64,000 nucleotides of DNA from an uncultured Lentisphaerales bacterium (GTDB lineage Bacteria; Verrucomicrobiota; Kiritimatiellia; RFP12; CAYQJG01): the NCBI GenBank assembly GCA_964417715.1, contig CAYQJG010000006.1, positions 17,420 to 81,419 on the forward strand, read 5' to 3'. Below are positions 29,255 through 37,460 of this stretch, piece after piece; the stretch's first letter is position 1, and every line of letters starts with the position of its first letter. The notes below the pieces were generated by a model. The model had not been told where the DNA came from and did no database searches. It saw only the letters and a program-made list of their open reading frames with translations. The position numbers were made by a program, and so were the translations under genes.

Positions 29255-30388
29255 CTACTCCGCTACCGTGTCGGGATACCGATAGGTATTCCCCTCGTAG
29301 TTACGGATCAGCAGATCGTTTCCTTCCCGCCCGACCACGAAGTCGGGGGCGATCGGAATCTTGCCGCCGCCACCGGGAGCGTCGATGACATACGAAGGCA
29401 CGGCGTAGCCACTGGTATGACCCCGCAGTCCACGGATGATCTCAATGCCCTTTGACACCGGCGTGCGGAAGTGCTGCGAGCCGGAGATCGGATCGCATTG
29501 GTAGATGTAGTAGGGCCGCACGCGCATGCGCATCACGCCGTGCATCAGCGTCTTCATGGTCTCGACGCTGTCGTTGATCCCCTTGAGCAGCACGGTCTGC
29601 GAACCCAGCGGGATGCCGGCATCCGCCAGCAGTCCGCACGCGCGTTCCGTCTCGTAGCAGCACTCGTCAGGATGGGCGAAATGCAGGCTCATCCAAACCG
29701 GGTGGTACTTGCGGAGCATGCGGGCCAACTGCGGCGTCACGCGCTGCGGAAGCACCGCCGGGATCTTGGTGCCCAAACGGATGATCTGCACGTGCGGAAT
29801 CGCCCGCAGATTGGAGAGTATCCACTCCAGCCGCTCGTCCGACAGCGTCAGCGGATCGCCACCTGACACCAACACGTCACGGATTGCAGGCGTCCGCCGA
29901 ATGTAGTCAAACGCCCCCTGAAGCCGCTCGGTCGTCGGCGCCAGGTCCCCCTGCCCGACCACACGTGACCGCGTGCAGTAGCGGCAGTAGGTGGAGCAGA
30001 AGTCTGTCGCCAGCAACAGGACACGGTCTGGGTAGCGGTGCACCAGACCGTGAACCGGGCTCTGGTGGTCCTCGCCCAAGGGATCGTCCGACTCGCCCGG
30101 ACAGCGCCGCAGCTCATACACGGTCGGGATGACCATGCGCCGCAAAGGCTGCTCCGGGTCATGGGACGACACCAAACCCATGTAGTGGGGGGTGATGGCA
30201 GCAGGGAGCATCCCCGCGGAGAGTTCCAGCGCCTTCTCTTCTTCGGTCGAAAGCGTGACCATCCGGCGGATCTGGTCGAGGGTGGTGATCCGATTGCGGA
30301 TCTGCCAGCGCCAGTCGGCCCATTCGGCGTCGGTGGCCTCGGGAAAGAAGACTTTCCGGAAGGCGCGCGCCTTGGGGTTCATCCGCAT
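29255..30388 (-). CDS. kamA: lysine 2,3-aminomutase (KamA-family radical SAM enzyme)
   Basis: 'CSTYCRYCTRS' cluster motif and 'VLVSGGDPL'. KamA-like N-terminus 'WADWRWQIRNRI'. I prefer the ATG at 30388: the 56 extra codons of the track ORF (to 30556) are low-complexity. Confidence 0.85.
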   Translation of the reverse strand: MRMNPKARAFRKVFFPEATDAEWADWRWQIRNRITTLDQIRRMVTLSTEEEKALELSAGMLPAAITPHYMGLVSSHDPEQPLRRMVIPTVYELRRCPGESDDPLGEDHQSPVHGLVHRYPDRVLLLATDFCSTYCRYCTRSRVVGQGDLAPTTERLQGAFDYIRRTPAIRDVLVSGGDPLTLSDERLEWILSNLRAIPHVQIIRLGTKIPAVLPQRVTPQLARMLRKYHPVWMSLHFAHPDECCYETERACGLLADAGIPLGSQTVLLKGINDSVETMKTLMHGVMRMRVRPYYIYQCDPISGSQHFRTPVSKGIEIIRGLRGHTSGYAVPSYVIDAPGGGGKIPIAPDFVVGREGNDLLIRNYEGNTYRYPDTVAE

Positions 30389-30798
30389 GACCCGACGGGT
30401 CACGGGATTCGTTGCGGCATCAAACAGCGACGGCGCAGCAACGCCCGTCCCTGCGGTCGCAGAAGTGAAAAAAGACGATATACAACTAGGAGGCTCTTCG
30501 TCCTGGTCGCCCAGGCATAGAGCCGTATCCTCTTCGTGCCGTGAAACAACGCTCACTGCACTCTCCCCACAAGGCGCGTTACGGACCGACGCAGCGCCCT
30601 AATACGTCGACGGCTGACGCACGACAAGGCGTCAGCCGCGTTCCCTCACGTTCGAACCCGAACGCGATGCCGAACTTTACCTGACTTGTCGATATCTCTC
30701 ATCGTCGTCGCCCCCCCAGGGGCCTCGCCCTCCGCCCGGATCATCCACCGACCAGGCCGCGGAACGCGTCTCGACAAGGGGTCCTTTGCTTGAAGGTG

Positions 30799-30827
30799 CT
30801 AATAGTACTACTGGGAACGGATGTCAA
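30799..30827 (-). promoter_or_regulatory. sigma-70-type promoter candidate (TTGACA-17 nt-TATTAG) for the kamA leader
   Basis: Minus strand has TTGACA (30827-30822), a 17-nt spacer, and TATTAG (30804-30799). It lies just downstream of the nadK stop. Confidence 0.3.
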
Positions 30828-30850
30828 GAGGGATCGCAAAATAAACGCTG

Positions 30851-31714
30851 CTACCGTCCGCCCCACCCCAGTTTCCGGCTCAGGACCGTGAAGGCGTTGT
30901 ACTCTGGAAGGTGAATGACCGGCACATCACATGCGCTGCGCCGCACGCAGACTTGTTCATCAGCGGCCAAGGCGATTCCATCCTGGCCGTCCACAGAGAC
31001 CAGTAGCGGCACGGCCATCTCGCCGCGCGTCACCCGGATGGCAACCGACGAACCGTCCGACACCACCAGGGGCCGGGAGGTCAGCGTATGCGGACAGATC
31101 ACGCCGATAGCCAGGGCTCGCGTCCCGGGCATAATGATTGGCCCCCCCGCCGCCAAACTGTAGGCGGTGCTGCCGGTCGGAGTGGAAACGATGATGCCGT
31201 CGCAGGCGTAAGTCGTTACCGGCAGGCCGTCCAACAGCAGTTCGAGCCACGCCAGGCGGCCCGATGTGCCGCGGCTGACGACGACGTCGTTGAGGGCGTC
31301 CGGAAGCGCCTCGCGCGCGCCGTCGGCGCGTACGATCTCGCCTGACAGGGCCGCAAGCTCCTCGACGCGGAAACGGTCCTCCCTCAGGCAAGCGAACGCC
31401 GCGCCGAACTGACTCTCCTCCACGCTCGTAAGGTAGCCAAGAGACCCCAGGTTCAGCCCCATCAACGGCAGCCCCGTCCCCCGCAGTCGATGCGCGGCGT
31501 CCAGCATCGTGCCATCGCCGCCCAGCACAACCACGCCATCGATGGACCCGACAAACCGATCCGTCGGCGACGCCACGAGCCCCGGCGCCAGATCGTGGAC
31601 ACGCGCGTCAAGGGTGACATCGAGCCCGGCTTTCTCGGCCAGGCCTGCCACCCGCAGCAGAGCTTCGGCCGCGCGGGCCTTGCTCCGGTTCACGATCATT
31701 CCAACCCGTTTCAT
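30851..31714 (-). CDS. nadK: NAD(+) kinase
   Basis: 'MKRVGMIVN' start forms an ATGA overlap with the tlyA stop. 'VVVLGGDGTMLDAA' is the GGDGT motif. Confidence 0.92.
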   Translation of the reverse strand: MKRVGMIVNRSKARAAEALLRVAGLAEKAGLDVTLDARVHDLAPGLVASPTDRFVGSIDGVVVLGGDGTMLDAAHRLRGTGLPLMGLNLGSLGYLTSVEESQFGAAFACLREDRFRVEELAALSGEIVRADGAREALPDALNDVVVSRGTSGRLAWLELLLDGLPVTTYACDGIIVSTPTGSTAYSLAAGGPIIMPGTRALAIGVICPHTLTSRPLVVSDGSSVAIRVTRGEMAVPLLVSVDGQDGIALAADEQVCVRRSACDVPVIHLPEYNAFTVLSRKLGWGGR

Positions 31715-32442
31715 GCGACTCTCTTCCAGTATGCGAGGAACTCGACATTCCCTTCGGGCCCCAGCAACGGGGAGGCCACCACGCCCAGCCACGCCAGTCG
31801 ACCGTCCGCCGTGCCAAAGCCCCGAATGGCGTCCACCACCGCCTGCCTTACCGCCGGGTCACGCACGACTCCTTCAGGCGCCTGCGCGCGCCCGGCCTCG
31901 AACTGCGGCTTGATCAGCGTGACCAGCCCCGCGCCGACCGGCAGGACGTCGGCCAACCGCGGCAGGATCAATCTTAGCGAGATAAAGGAGACGTCGGCAA
32001 CAGCGAAACGCGGCGGATAGGGCAGGTCAGCGGGCTTCAGGTAGCGCGCGTTGAACCCCTCGATCACCGTGACGCGCCGATCTTCGCTGATGCGCCAGTG
32101 AATCTGAGCGTGCCCCACGTCCAAAGCGATCACACGCGCCGCCCCATGCTGCAGCAGGCAGTCGGTAAACCCACCAGTCGATGCGCCGACGTCCAGACAA
32201 TCCAGACCGGCCACATCCAGCCCGAAGGCGACGAACGCACCCTCCAGCTTGTCGCCCCCGCGACTCACGAAACGCGGCCGGACGGCAACCGTGATCTCGG
32301 CGTCATCGGCGAATCGATGCCCCGCCTTGGTTGCCACCTGTCCGGCCACCCGCACGCTGCCTGCGAGGATCAGACGCTGGGCCTGTTCACGGCTTTCGGC
32401 CAGGCCACGCGCCACCACCAGACTGTCGAGGCGGTCTTTCAT
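31711..32442 (-). CDS. tlyA: TlyA-family rRNA (cytidine-2'-O)-methyltransferase
   Basis: N-terminal S4 domain 'RLDSLVVARGLAESREQAQRLI' plus FtsJ-like SAM motif 'LDVGASTGGFTD'. Confidence 0.9.
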   Translation of the reverse strand: MKDRLDSLVVARGLAESREQAQRLILAGSVRVAGQVATKAGHRFADDAEITVAVRPRFVSRGGDKLEGAFVAFGLDVAGLDCLDVGASTGGFTDCLLQHGAARVIALDVGHAQIHWRISEDRRVTVIEGFNARYLKPADLPYPPRFAVADVSFISLRLILPRLADVLPVGAGLVTLIKPQFEAGRAQAPEGVVRDPAVRQAVVDAIRGFGTADGRLAWLGVVASPLLGPEGNVEFLAYWKRVA

Positions 32443-32456
32443 CGCATGCGCAGCGG

Positions 32457-32774
32457 CTACCGCTGGATATGGAAGACCTCGCGCAGGTCATGCGCAACCG
32501 GACTGTGATCAGGATTGGAGGGCATGACATCGCCCATGTACCGCCACCAGCGCTGGCAGACATCCGTCTTCGCAACGGCCGCCCACCGGGCTTCATCCTC
32601 GATCTCGGCGTATGCGAAAAGCAAATGTGTCGCCGCATCGAGAAAGATGGAGTAGTTCAGCACGCCATGAGCCTTGAGCGTGTCCTCCAACTCGCGCCAG
32701 ATCGGGGTGTGCCGGCGCTCGTACTCGGCGTGCTGGTCGGGGTTCACGTGCATCACAAAGGCTTTGCGTATCAT
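32457..32774 (-). CDS. rhaM: L-rhamnose mutarotase
   Basis: 105 aa. '[27 protein letters not shown]' and 'CQRWWRYM' are typical of RhaM. Confidence 0.85.
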   Translation of the reverse strand: MIRKAFVMHVNPDQHAEYERRHTPIWRELEDTLKAHGVLNYSIFLDAATHLLFAYAEIEDEARWAAVAKTDVCQRWWRYMGDVMPSNPDHSPVAHDLREVFHIQR

Positions 32775-33787
32775 GGCAGCTCCGTCAGTTTGACGACCGT
32801 CTGGGTCTGGATGGAGATGATCGCCGCGGCCAGCACCCGCTGCGCCGCCAGGCCGTCGGCGCCGGAGCCGTCAATCGCCTCGGGGCGACAGCCGGTCGCG
32901 ATCTGTTCGAGAAACGTGTTGATGCGGCTGCGGAACGTGTCGCCAAAGTCCCGGACGCCACCAAACACCGGGTTCGTATAGACCAGTTTGACGGGATCAC
33001 CCGCCGGGTAGAGCGTCGCCTCGCGCCACATGTCGTCGATCACGAAGCGACCGTTCACACCCGCCACTTCGCAGCGCTCCATCGGGTGCCCGCGCTCAAT
33101 GTCATAGCTGCCGGTCAGCGATCCGACCATGCCATTCGCGAACTGCATGCTGAAATGGGCCGTCGACCAGATGGCGCGTCCCGGCGCCTTGGTGGCGAAA
33201 CACTGCACGGCGGCAACATCGCCACAGAAATGGCGCATGATGTCCACGGTGTGCGGGTGGAGCGCCTGGATCTGGAAGAACGGCGCGCTCTCGGTCGGGT
33301 TCTTGATCCACATCGCCATGTTGACGAAGAGCAGGTGCCCTAGGCGGCCTTCGTCGAGCCACTTCCGGGCCAGACGTGCAGCCGGCGTGAAGCGGTGGTT
33401 GAAGTCGACGCCGAAGCACCGCCCGCAGGCTTGTGCCTTGGCGACCATTTCGGCCGCCTTGCGGATGTCATTGCAGATCGGTTTCTCGCACAGCACATGC
33501 GCGCCGGCCTCAAGTGCCTGCAGCGTGGGTTCATAGTGGTCGCTGCCATACTCGATGCCGCCTGTAGCCACGCTCACCACATCCGGCTTCAGCGCGGCTA
33601 GCATGCCGGGTGCGTCGGGGAAGCCCGGCACGCCCAGGCGCGCGGCGGCGGCTTCTGCACGGTCCTTGCGCACGTCGCACACACCGACCAGTTCAGCCAG
33701 CGGGCCCTCCCTGTAGATGTCCGCATGCCGGTTGCCGATGGGCCCCATGCCAATGACACAGACGCGCAGTTTCGCGCAGCTTCTCAT
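32771..33787 (-). CDS. Gfo/Idh/MocA-family oxidoreductase
   Basis: '[15 protein letters not shown]' Rossmann N-terminus and 'EKPI' motif ('VLCEKPICN'). ATGA overlaps at both ends. Confidence 0.85.
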   Translation of the reverse strand: MRSCAKLRVCVIGMGPIGNRHADIYREGPLAELVGVCDVRKDRAEAAAARLGVPGFPDAPGMLAALKPDVVSVATGGIEYGSDHYEPTLQALEAGAHVLCEKPICNDIRKAAEMVAKAQACGRCFGVDFNHRFTPAARLARKWLDEGRLGHLLFVNMAMWIKNPTESAPFFQIQALHPHTVDIMRHFCGDVAAVQCFATKAPGRAIWSTAHFSMQFANGMVGSLTGSYDIERGHPMERCEVAGVNGRFVIDDMWREATLYPAGDPVKLVYTNPVFGGVRDFGDTFRSRINTFLEQIATGCRPEAIDGSGADGLAAQRVLAAAIISIQTQTVVKLTELP

Positions 33788-34434
33788 ATCTCCTGCTCCG
33801 TAACTATGGGTTCAACCACCTGCCACACGGCGGCGGCGACGGCGGCGGAAGGCGGGCGTGTGTCGATCACGCGGAAGCGACTGGGCTCGTCGGCCGCCAG
33901 ATCGAGGAAGCCCTGGCGCAGCCGCTGGTGGAAGAGCAACGCCTCGCGCTCGATGCGATCAGGGGTATGACCATTGGCGCCATGCCGCTGCGCAATCCGT
34001 GCCAGACCGGTCTCGGCGTCCACGTCGAGCAGCAGGGTCAGGTCGGGAGTCAGTCCGCCGGTGGCAAAGGCGTTCATCGCCCGCAGCACCGCCAGGTCGA
34101 ACCCGCGGCCGTACCCTTGATACGCCAGCGTCGAATCCGTGAACCGGTCGCAGATCACCCACTCGCCGCGCGCCAGGGCCGGCACGATCACGCACTCCAC
34201 CAACTGGGCACGGCTGGCGCAGAACAACAGCACTTCGGCCCGGTTCACAGGCGCCTCGCCCGCGCCGTCATGCTGGAGCATGCCGCGGATCGCCTCGCCG
34301 GTGGGCGTGCCGCCCGGCTCACGCGTCAGCAGCACGGTCAGCCCGCGTTCGCGCAAACGGTCGGCCAGCAGTCGCACGTGGGTGGACTTGCCGCCGCCTT
34401 CGGGACCCTCGAGTGTAATGAATTTCCCGATCAT
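33784..34434 (-). CDS. tmk: dTMP (thymidylate) kinase
   Basis: 'FITLEGPEGGGKST' P-loop, 'DRFTDSTLAYQG'. Confidence 0.95.
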   Translation of the reverse strand: MIGKFITLEGPEGGGKSTHVRLLADRLRERGLTVLLTREPGGTPTGEAIRGMLQHDGAGEAPVNRAEVLLFCASRAQLVECVIVPALARGEWVICDRFTDSTLAYQGYGRGFDLAVLRAMNAFATGGLTPDLTLLLDVDAETGLARIAQRHGANGHTPDRIEREALLFHQRLRQGFLDLAADEPSRFRVIDTRPPSAAVAAAVWQVVEPIVTEQEI

Positions 34435-34445
34435 ACCCGCCGCAC

Positions 34446-34484
34446 TTCGACATTCTGCGGTTCATTATTCGATATTCTGCGGTT
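34446..34484. repeat. 39-nt intergenic repeat core, copy A (two direct 17-mers TTCGAYATTCTGCGGTT, 5-nt spacer)
   Basis: ttcgacattctgcggtt-catta-ttcgatattctgcggtt lies between tmk and cysS. Near-identical copies occur at 36085-36123 and, reversed, at 47301-47339. Confidence 0.85.
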
Positions 34485-34504
34485 TCTCATGGGAGTCGCT
34501 ACTA

Positions 34505-35905
34505 TTACAGTTTCCTAAGTTTCTGCCCTTCCTTGCCGTCGCGTATCTCCCATCCCATGGACTTCAGCAGGTCGCGGATGCGGTCGGATTCGGCCCACTG
34601 CTTGGCCTGCCGCGCCGCGCCGCGTGCGGCCGCCAGATCCGCGACGTCGCGGGGCACATCATCGCCGTCCTTACGTCCGAACGCCAGCACGCCCAGCACG
34701 CGGTCCAGATCGGCCAGCAGGTCGCGCACGGCGGCCGCCTCGGACGGGCCCAACGCCCGTGCATCCAGTGCGCTGTTGCCATCACGCACCAGCCCAAAGA
34801 GCGCAGCCAGCGCCTCGGGTATATTGAGGTCGTCGCGCACGGAGGCCACAAACGCCTCCCGCCCCTGGACTGCCCAGGCAGGCAAGGCGGCAGGCGCGGT
34901 CACACCCGCGACACCCGCCAGGCGGTCCGCGAACTCGTCCAGGCGACCCAGCGACACACGTGCGGCTTCGAGTGCATCGAAGGTGAAGTTGAGCGGCTGA
35001 CGGTAGTGCCCGTTGATCAGCACATAGCGGATCTCGCGGCCGCTGTACCCCTTGGCCAGAATGTCGCGCAACGTGAAGAAGTTGCCGAGAGACTTCGACA
35101 TCTTCTCGCCGTTGACGCGCAGATGGGCGCAGTGCATCCAGAGGCGCACGAAGGGCTGTCCCGTGGCGCCCTCGGACTGCGCGAGTTCGTTCTCGTGGTG
35201 CGGGAAGAGGTTGTCGATGCCGCCCGTGTGGATGTCGAACGACGGGCCGAGGAGTTTCATCCCCATCGCCGAGCACTCGATGTGCCAACCCGGCCGGCCC
35301 CGCCCCCACGGTGAATCCCAGGCCACATCACCGTCGTTCGCGTCCCACGCCTTCCAGAGGGCGAAGTCGCCGAAACTCTCCTTCTCGTACTCGTCCTGGG
35401 CCACGCGGGCACCGGCCCGCAGGCCGGATAAATCAAGGTGCGCCAACTTGCCGTATCCCGGAAAAGCCGCGACCTTGAAGTAGACCGAACCGTCGTCCGA
35501 CTTGTACGCCAGCCCGTTGTCGAACAGGCGGCCGATCAGAGCGATCATCTCCGGAATGCAGTCCGTGGCCGCCGGGTAGTGCTCGGCCGGTTCGACATTC
35601 AGCGCGTGCAAGTCGGCAAAGAAGGCATCGACATACGGCTTGGTGAACGTCTTCAGGGCCACGCCGGCCTGAAGCGAGCCGCGGATCGTCTTGTCATCGA
35701 CGTCGGTCAGGTTCATGACCTGCGTCACCTTCAGTCCGGCATGGGCCAGGGTACGCCGGAGAATATCCTCGAAGGTGTAGGCGCGAAAATTGCCGATGTG
35801 CGCGAAATTGTAGACGGTCGGTCCGCACGTGTAGAGGCTGATCCGGCCGGGCACAATCGGTTCGAGCGCGTCCTTGCGGCGGGTGAGACTGTTGTAGAAG
35901 TGCAT
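34505..35905 (-). CDS. cysS: cysteine--tRNA ligase
   Basis: 'CGPTVYNFAHIGNFR' (HIGH) and 'KMSKS'; 466 aa. Confidence 0.97.
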   Translation of the reverse strand: MHFYNSLTRRKDALEPIVPGRISLYTCGPTVYNFAHIGNFRAYTFEDILRRTLAHAGLKVTQVMNLTDVDDKTIRGSLQAGVALKTFTKPYVDAFFADLHALNVEPAEHYPAATDCIPEMIALIGRLFDNGLAYKSDDGSVYFKVAAFPGYGKLAHLDLSGLRAGARVAQDEYEKESFGDFALWKAWDANDGDVAWDSPWGRGRPGWHIECSAMGMKLLGPSFDIHTGGIDNLFPHHENELAQSEGATGQPFVRLWMHCAHLRVNGEKMSKSLGNFFTLRDILAKGYSGREIRYVLINGHYRQPLNFTFDALEAARVSLGRLDEFADRLAGVAGVTAPAALPAWAVQGREAFVASVRDDLNIPEALAALFGLVRDGNSALDARALGPSEAAAVRDLLADLDRVLGVLAFGRKDGDDVPRDVADLAAARGAARQAKQWAESDRIRDLLKSMGWEIRDGKEGQKLRKL

Positions 35906-35985
35906 GGGGTACGGGTTGGGTTCAGGGGTTCAACGGTTCGCGGGTTAGGGGTTCCATCTCGTTCTTCTTCAACACCTTCCCATAC

Positions 35986-36185
35986 CTGGTCTGGGAACCA
36001 AGGGCTTCGGCGACAGAACCGCAGAATATCGAATAACGAATGTCCAACGTCGAAGTGCTTTCCAGCGTGTCATTGGCTGCCCCCTTCGACATTCTGCGGT
36101 TGGTTATTCGATATTCTGCGGTTCTTCCCCTGCAATCCAACTGGCCGCGCCAGCGGCAGGACTGAACCCTTGGTTTCCAGACCAG
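35986..36185. repeat. ~200-nt palindromic MITE/REP-like element
   Basis: Termini CTGGTCTGGGAACCAAGGGCTTC (35986-36008) and GAACCCTTGGTTTCCAGACCAG (36164-36185) are inverted repeats. Inside are a reversed degenerate core (36017-36054) and a forward core (36085-36123) of the 39-nt repeat. Confidence 0.8.
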
Positions 36186-36672
36186 GGAGGCCAACGCCCA
36201 TTGACTCAACGGTCGCCACCGCCATCGCGGAGATCCCCTCGCGGCGACCGATGGCACCCATACCCTCCACGGTGGTAGCCTTGACAGACACCTGGCCCGT
36301 CGCCACGTTCATGGCCGCAGCCAGCCGTTCGCACATGCGCGCAACGTAGGGTGCCAGACGGGGAGCTTCGGCCAGAACCGTGACGTCGACGTTCCCAACC
36401 TGCCAGCCCAAGTCACGTACCCTCGCCACCACCTGCCGCAACAGGTCCAGACTATCGGCATCCTTCCAACGCGGATCCTTGTCCGGGAAGTGCCGCCCGA
36501 TGTCACCGTCAGCCACCGCTCCCAACAGGGCGTCCATCAGGGCGTGCGTCAACACATCGGCATCGGAATGTCCGAGCAGGCCCTGAGCGTGCAGGATTTC
36601 CACGCCACCCAGCACCAGTCTCCGCCCGGTCACCAGTCGGTGCGCATCGAAGCCTATTCCGGTACGTGTCAT
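36070..36672 (-). CDS. ispF: 2-C-methyl-D-erythritol 2,4-cyclodiphosphate synthase with repeat-encoded C-terminal extension
   Basis: 'GIGFDAHRL', 'GHSDADVLTHALMDALLGA', 'GNVDVTV...KATTVEGMG'. The canonical IspF end lies at ~residue 158; ~40 further codons and the stop lie inside the repeat element. The start ATG at 36672 is internal to the longer track ORF. Confidence 0.92.
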   Translation of the reverse strand: MTRTGIGFDAHRLVTGRRLVLGGVEILHAQGLLGHSDADVLTHALMDALLGAVADGDIGRHFPDKDPRWKDADSLDLLRQVVARVRDLGWQVGNVDVTVLAEAPRLAPYVARMCERLAAAMNVATGQVSVKATTVEGMGAIGRREGISAMAVATVESMGVGLPGLETKGSVLPLARPVGLQGKNRRISNNQPQNVEGGSQ

Positions 36673-36737
36673 GCCCTTAGAGGATAGCGGAATGGGCGGG
36701 GAACAGTAAACAGTGAACCGTGAAGGGGGGCACCTTG

Positions 36738-37451
36738 TCACCCTCTCGCCACGGCCACGGCCCAGACGCGCCCGGCGCCGGCCTTGCGGAGCGCGCGGGC
36801 GGCCTCGTGGAGCGTCGCACCGGTGGTCATGACGTCGTCGAGGAGCAGCACGGTCCGGCCACGGACCCAACCCGGCGCCGCCACCTTGAAAGCGCCCAGC
36901 ACGTTGGCGCGGCGCGCGGCGGCGGTCAGACGGGTCTGCGAGGGCGTGTCGCGGACGCGCATCAATGCTTCCCCGCAGTAGGGCCGCGCCAGCCGCCGCG
37001 ACAGGTCATGCGCCAGCAGGGCCGCCTGGTTGTAGCCGCGGTCCCTGCGCTTGACTGCTGCCAGCGGCACGGGCACCACCACGTCGATCTCGGAGGCGGC
37101 GAAGTGCGTCAGCACACAGCCGTGCAAGAGGTCGGTCAGATCACGACACAGGCAGACATCGCGGTTGTACTTGAAGGCGTGCAGCATATCGCGCAACGCG
37201 CCTTGGAAGCGACCGGCCACGCGCGCCCGCTCAAAGGCCGGCGGATGGTCATGGCAGATGCCACAGACAAAGGCGTGACCAAACGCCCCCTCCACCTTCA
37301 AGCCGCACTGCGCGCAGATCGGACCGTCAACCAACTCAATGCCGCGGAAACACTCCCAGCAGACCAGGCCATCCGGCCGATCCACGTCCGCGCCGCATAC
37401 GGCGCAATGCCGCGGAAAGAGGATGTCCAGCAAGGACCCCATGCAGTCCAT
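36738..37451 (-). CDS. comF: ComF-family protein (phosphoribosyltransferase-like)
   Basis: N-terminal double CxxC zinc-finger 'CAVCG...CWEC...CAQCG' and C-terminal PRT motif 'VLLLDDVMTTGATL'. Confidence 0.85.
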   Translation of the reverse strand: MDCMGSLLDILFPRHCAVCGADVDRPDGLVCWECFRGIELVDGPICAQCGLKVEGAFGHAFVCGICHDHPPAFERARVAGRFQGALRDMLHAFKYNRDVCLCRDLTDLLHGCVLTHFAASEIDVVVPVPLAAVKRRDRGYNQAALLAHDLSRRLARPYCGEALMRVRDTPSQTRLTAAARRANVLGAFKVAAPGWVRGRTVLLLDDVMTTGATLHEAARALRKAGAGRVWAVAVARG

Positions 37452-37460
37452 CGATCGGCC

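Noticed and set aside
30611-30638. Perfect 10-bp hairpin CGGCTGACGC/GCGTCAGCCG as the nadK terminator.
   Set aside because: It lies ~210 nt downstream of the nadK stop and is not followed by a U-tract on either strand. It more likely belongs to the kamA leader structure.
30389-30790. Lysine riboswitch (L-box) in the kamA leader.
   Set aside because: No GCCGAAG, CUGAAAGG or ACUGUCA core motifs. Only a loose 'AGGGCGC ... GCGCC' helix is present. I kept the region as an unclassified structured leader instead.
30786-30801. Sigma-54-like site TAGCAC-N5-AGCAA on the minus strand upstream of kamA.
   Set aside because: The invariant -24 GG is AG here. The spacing is right, but the element is too degenerate to call.
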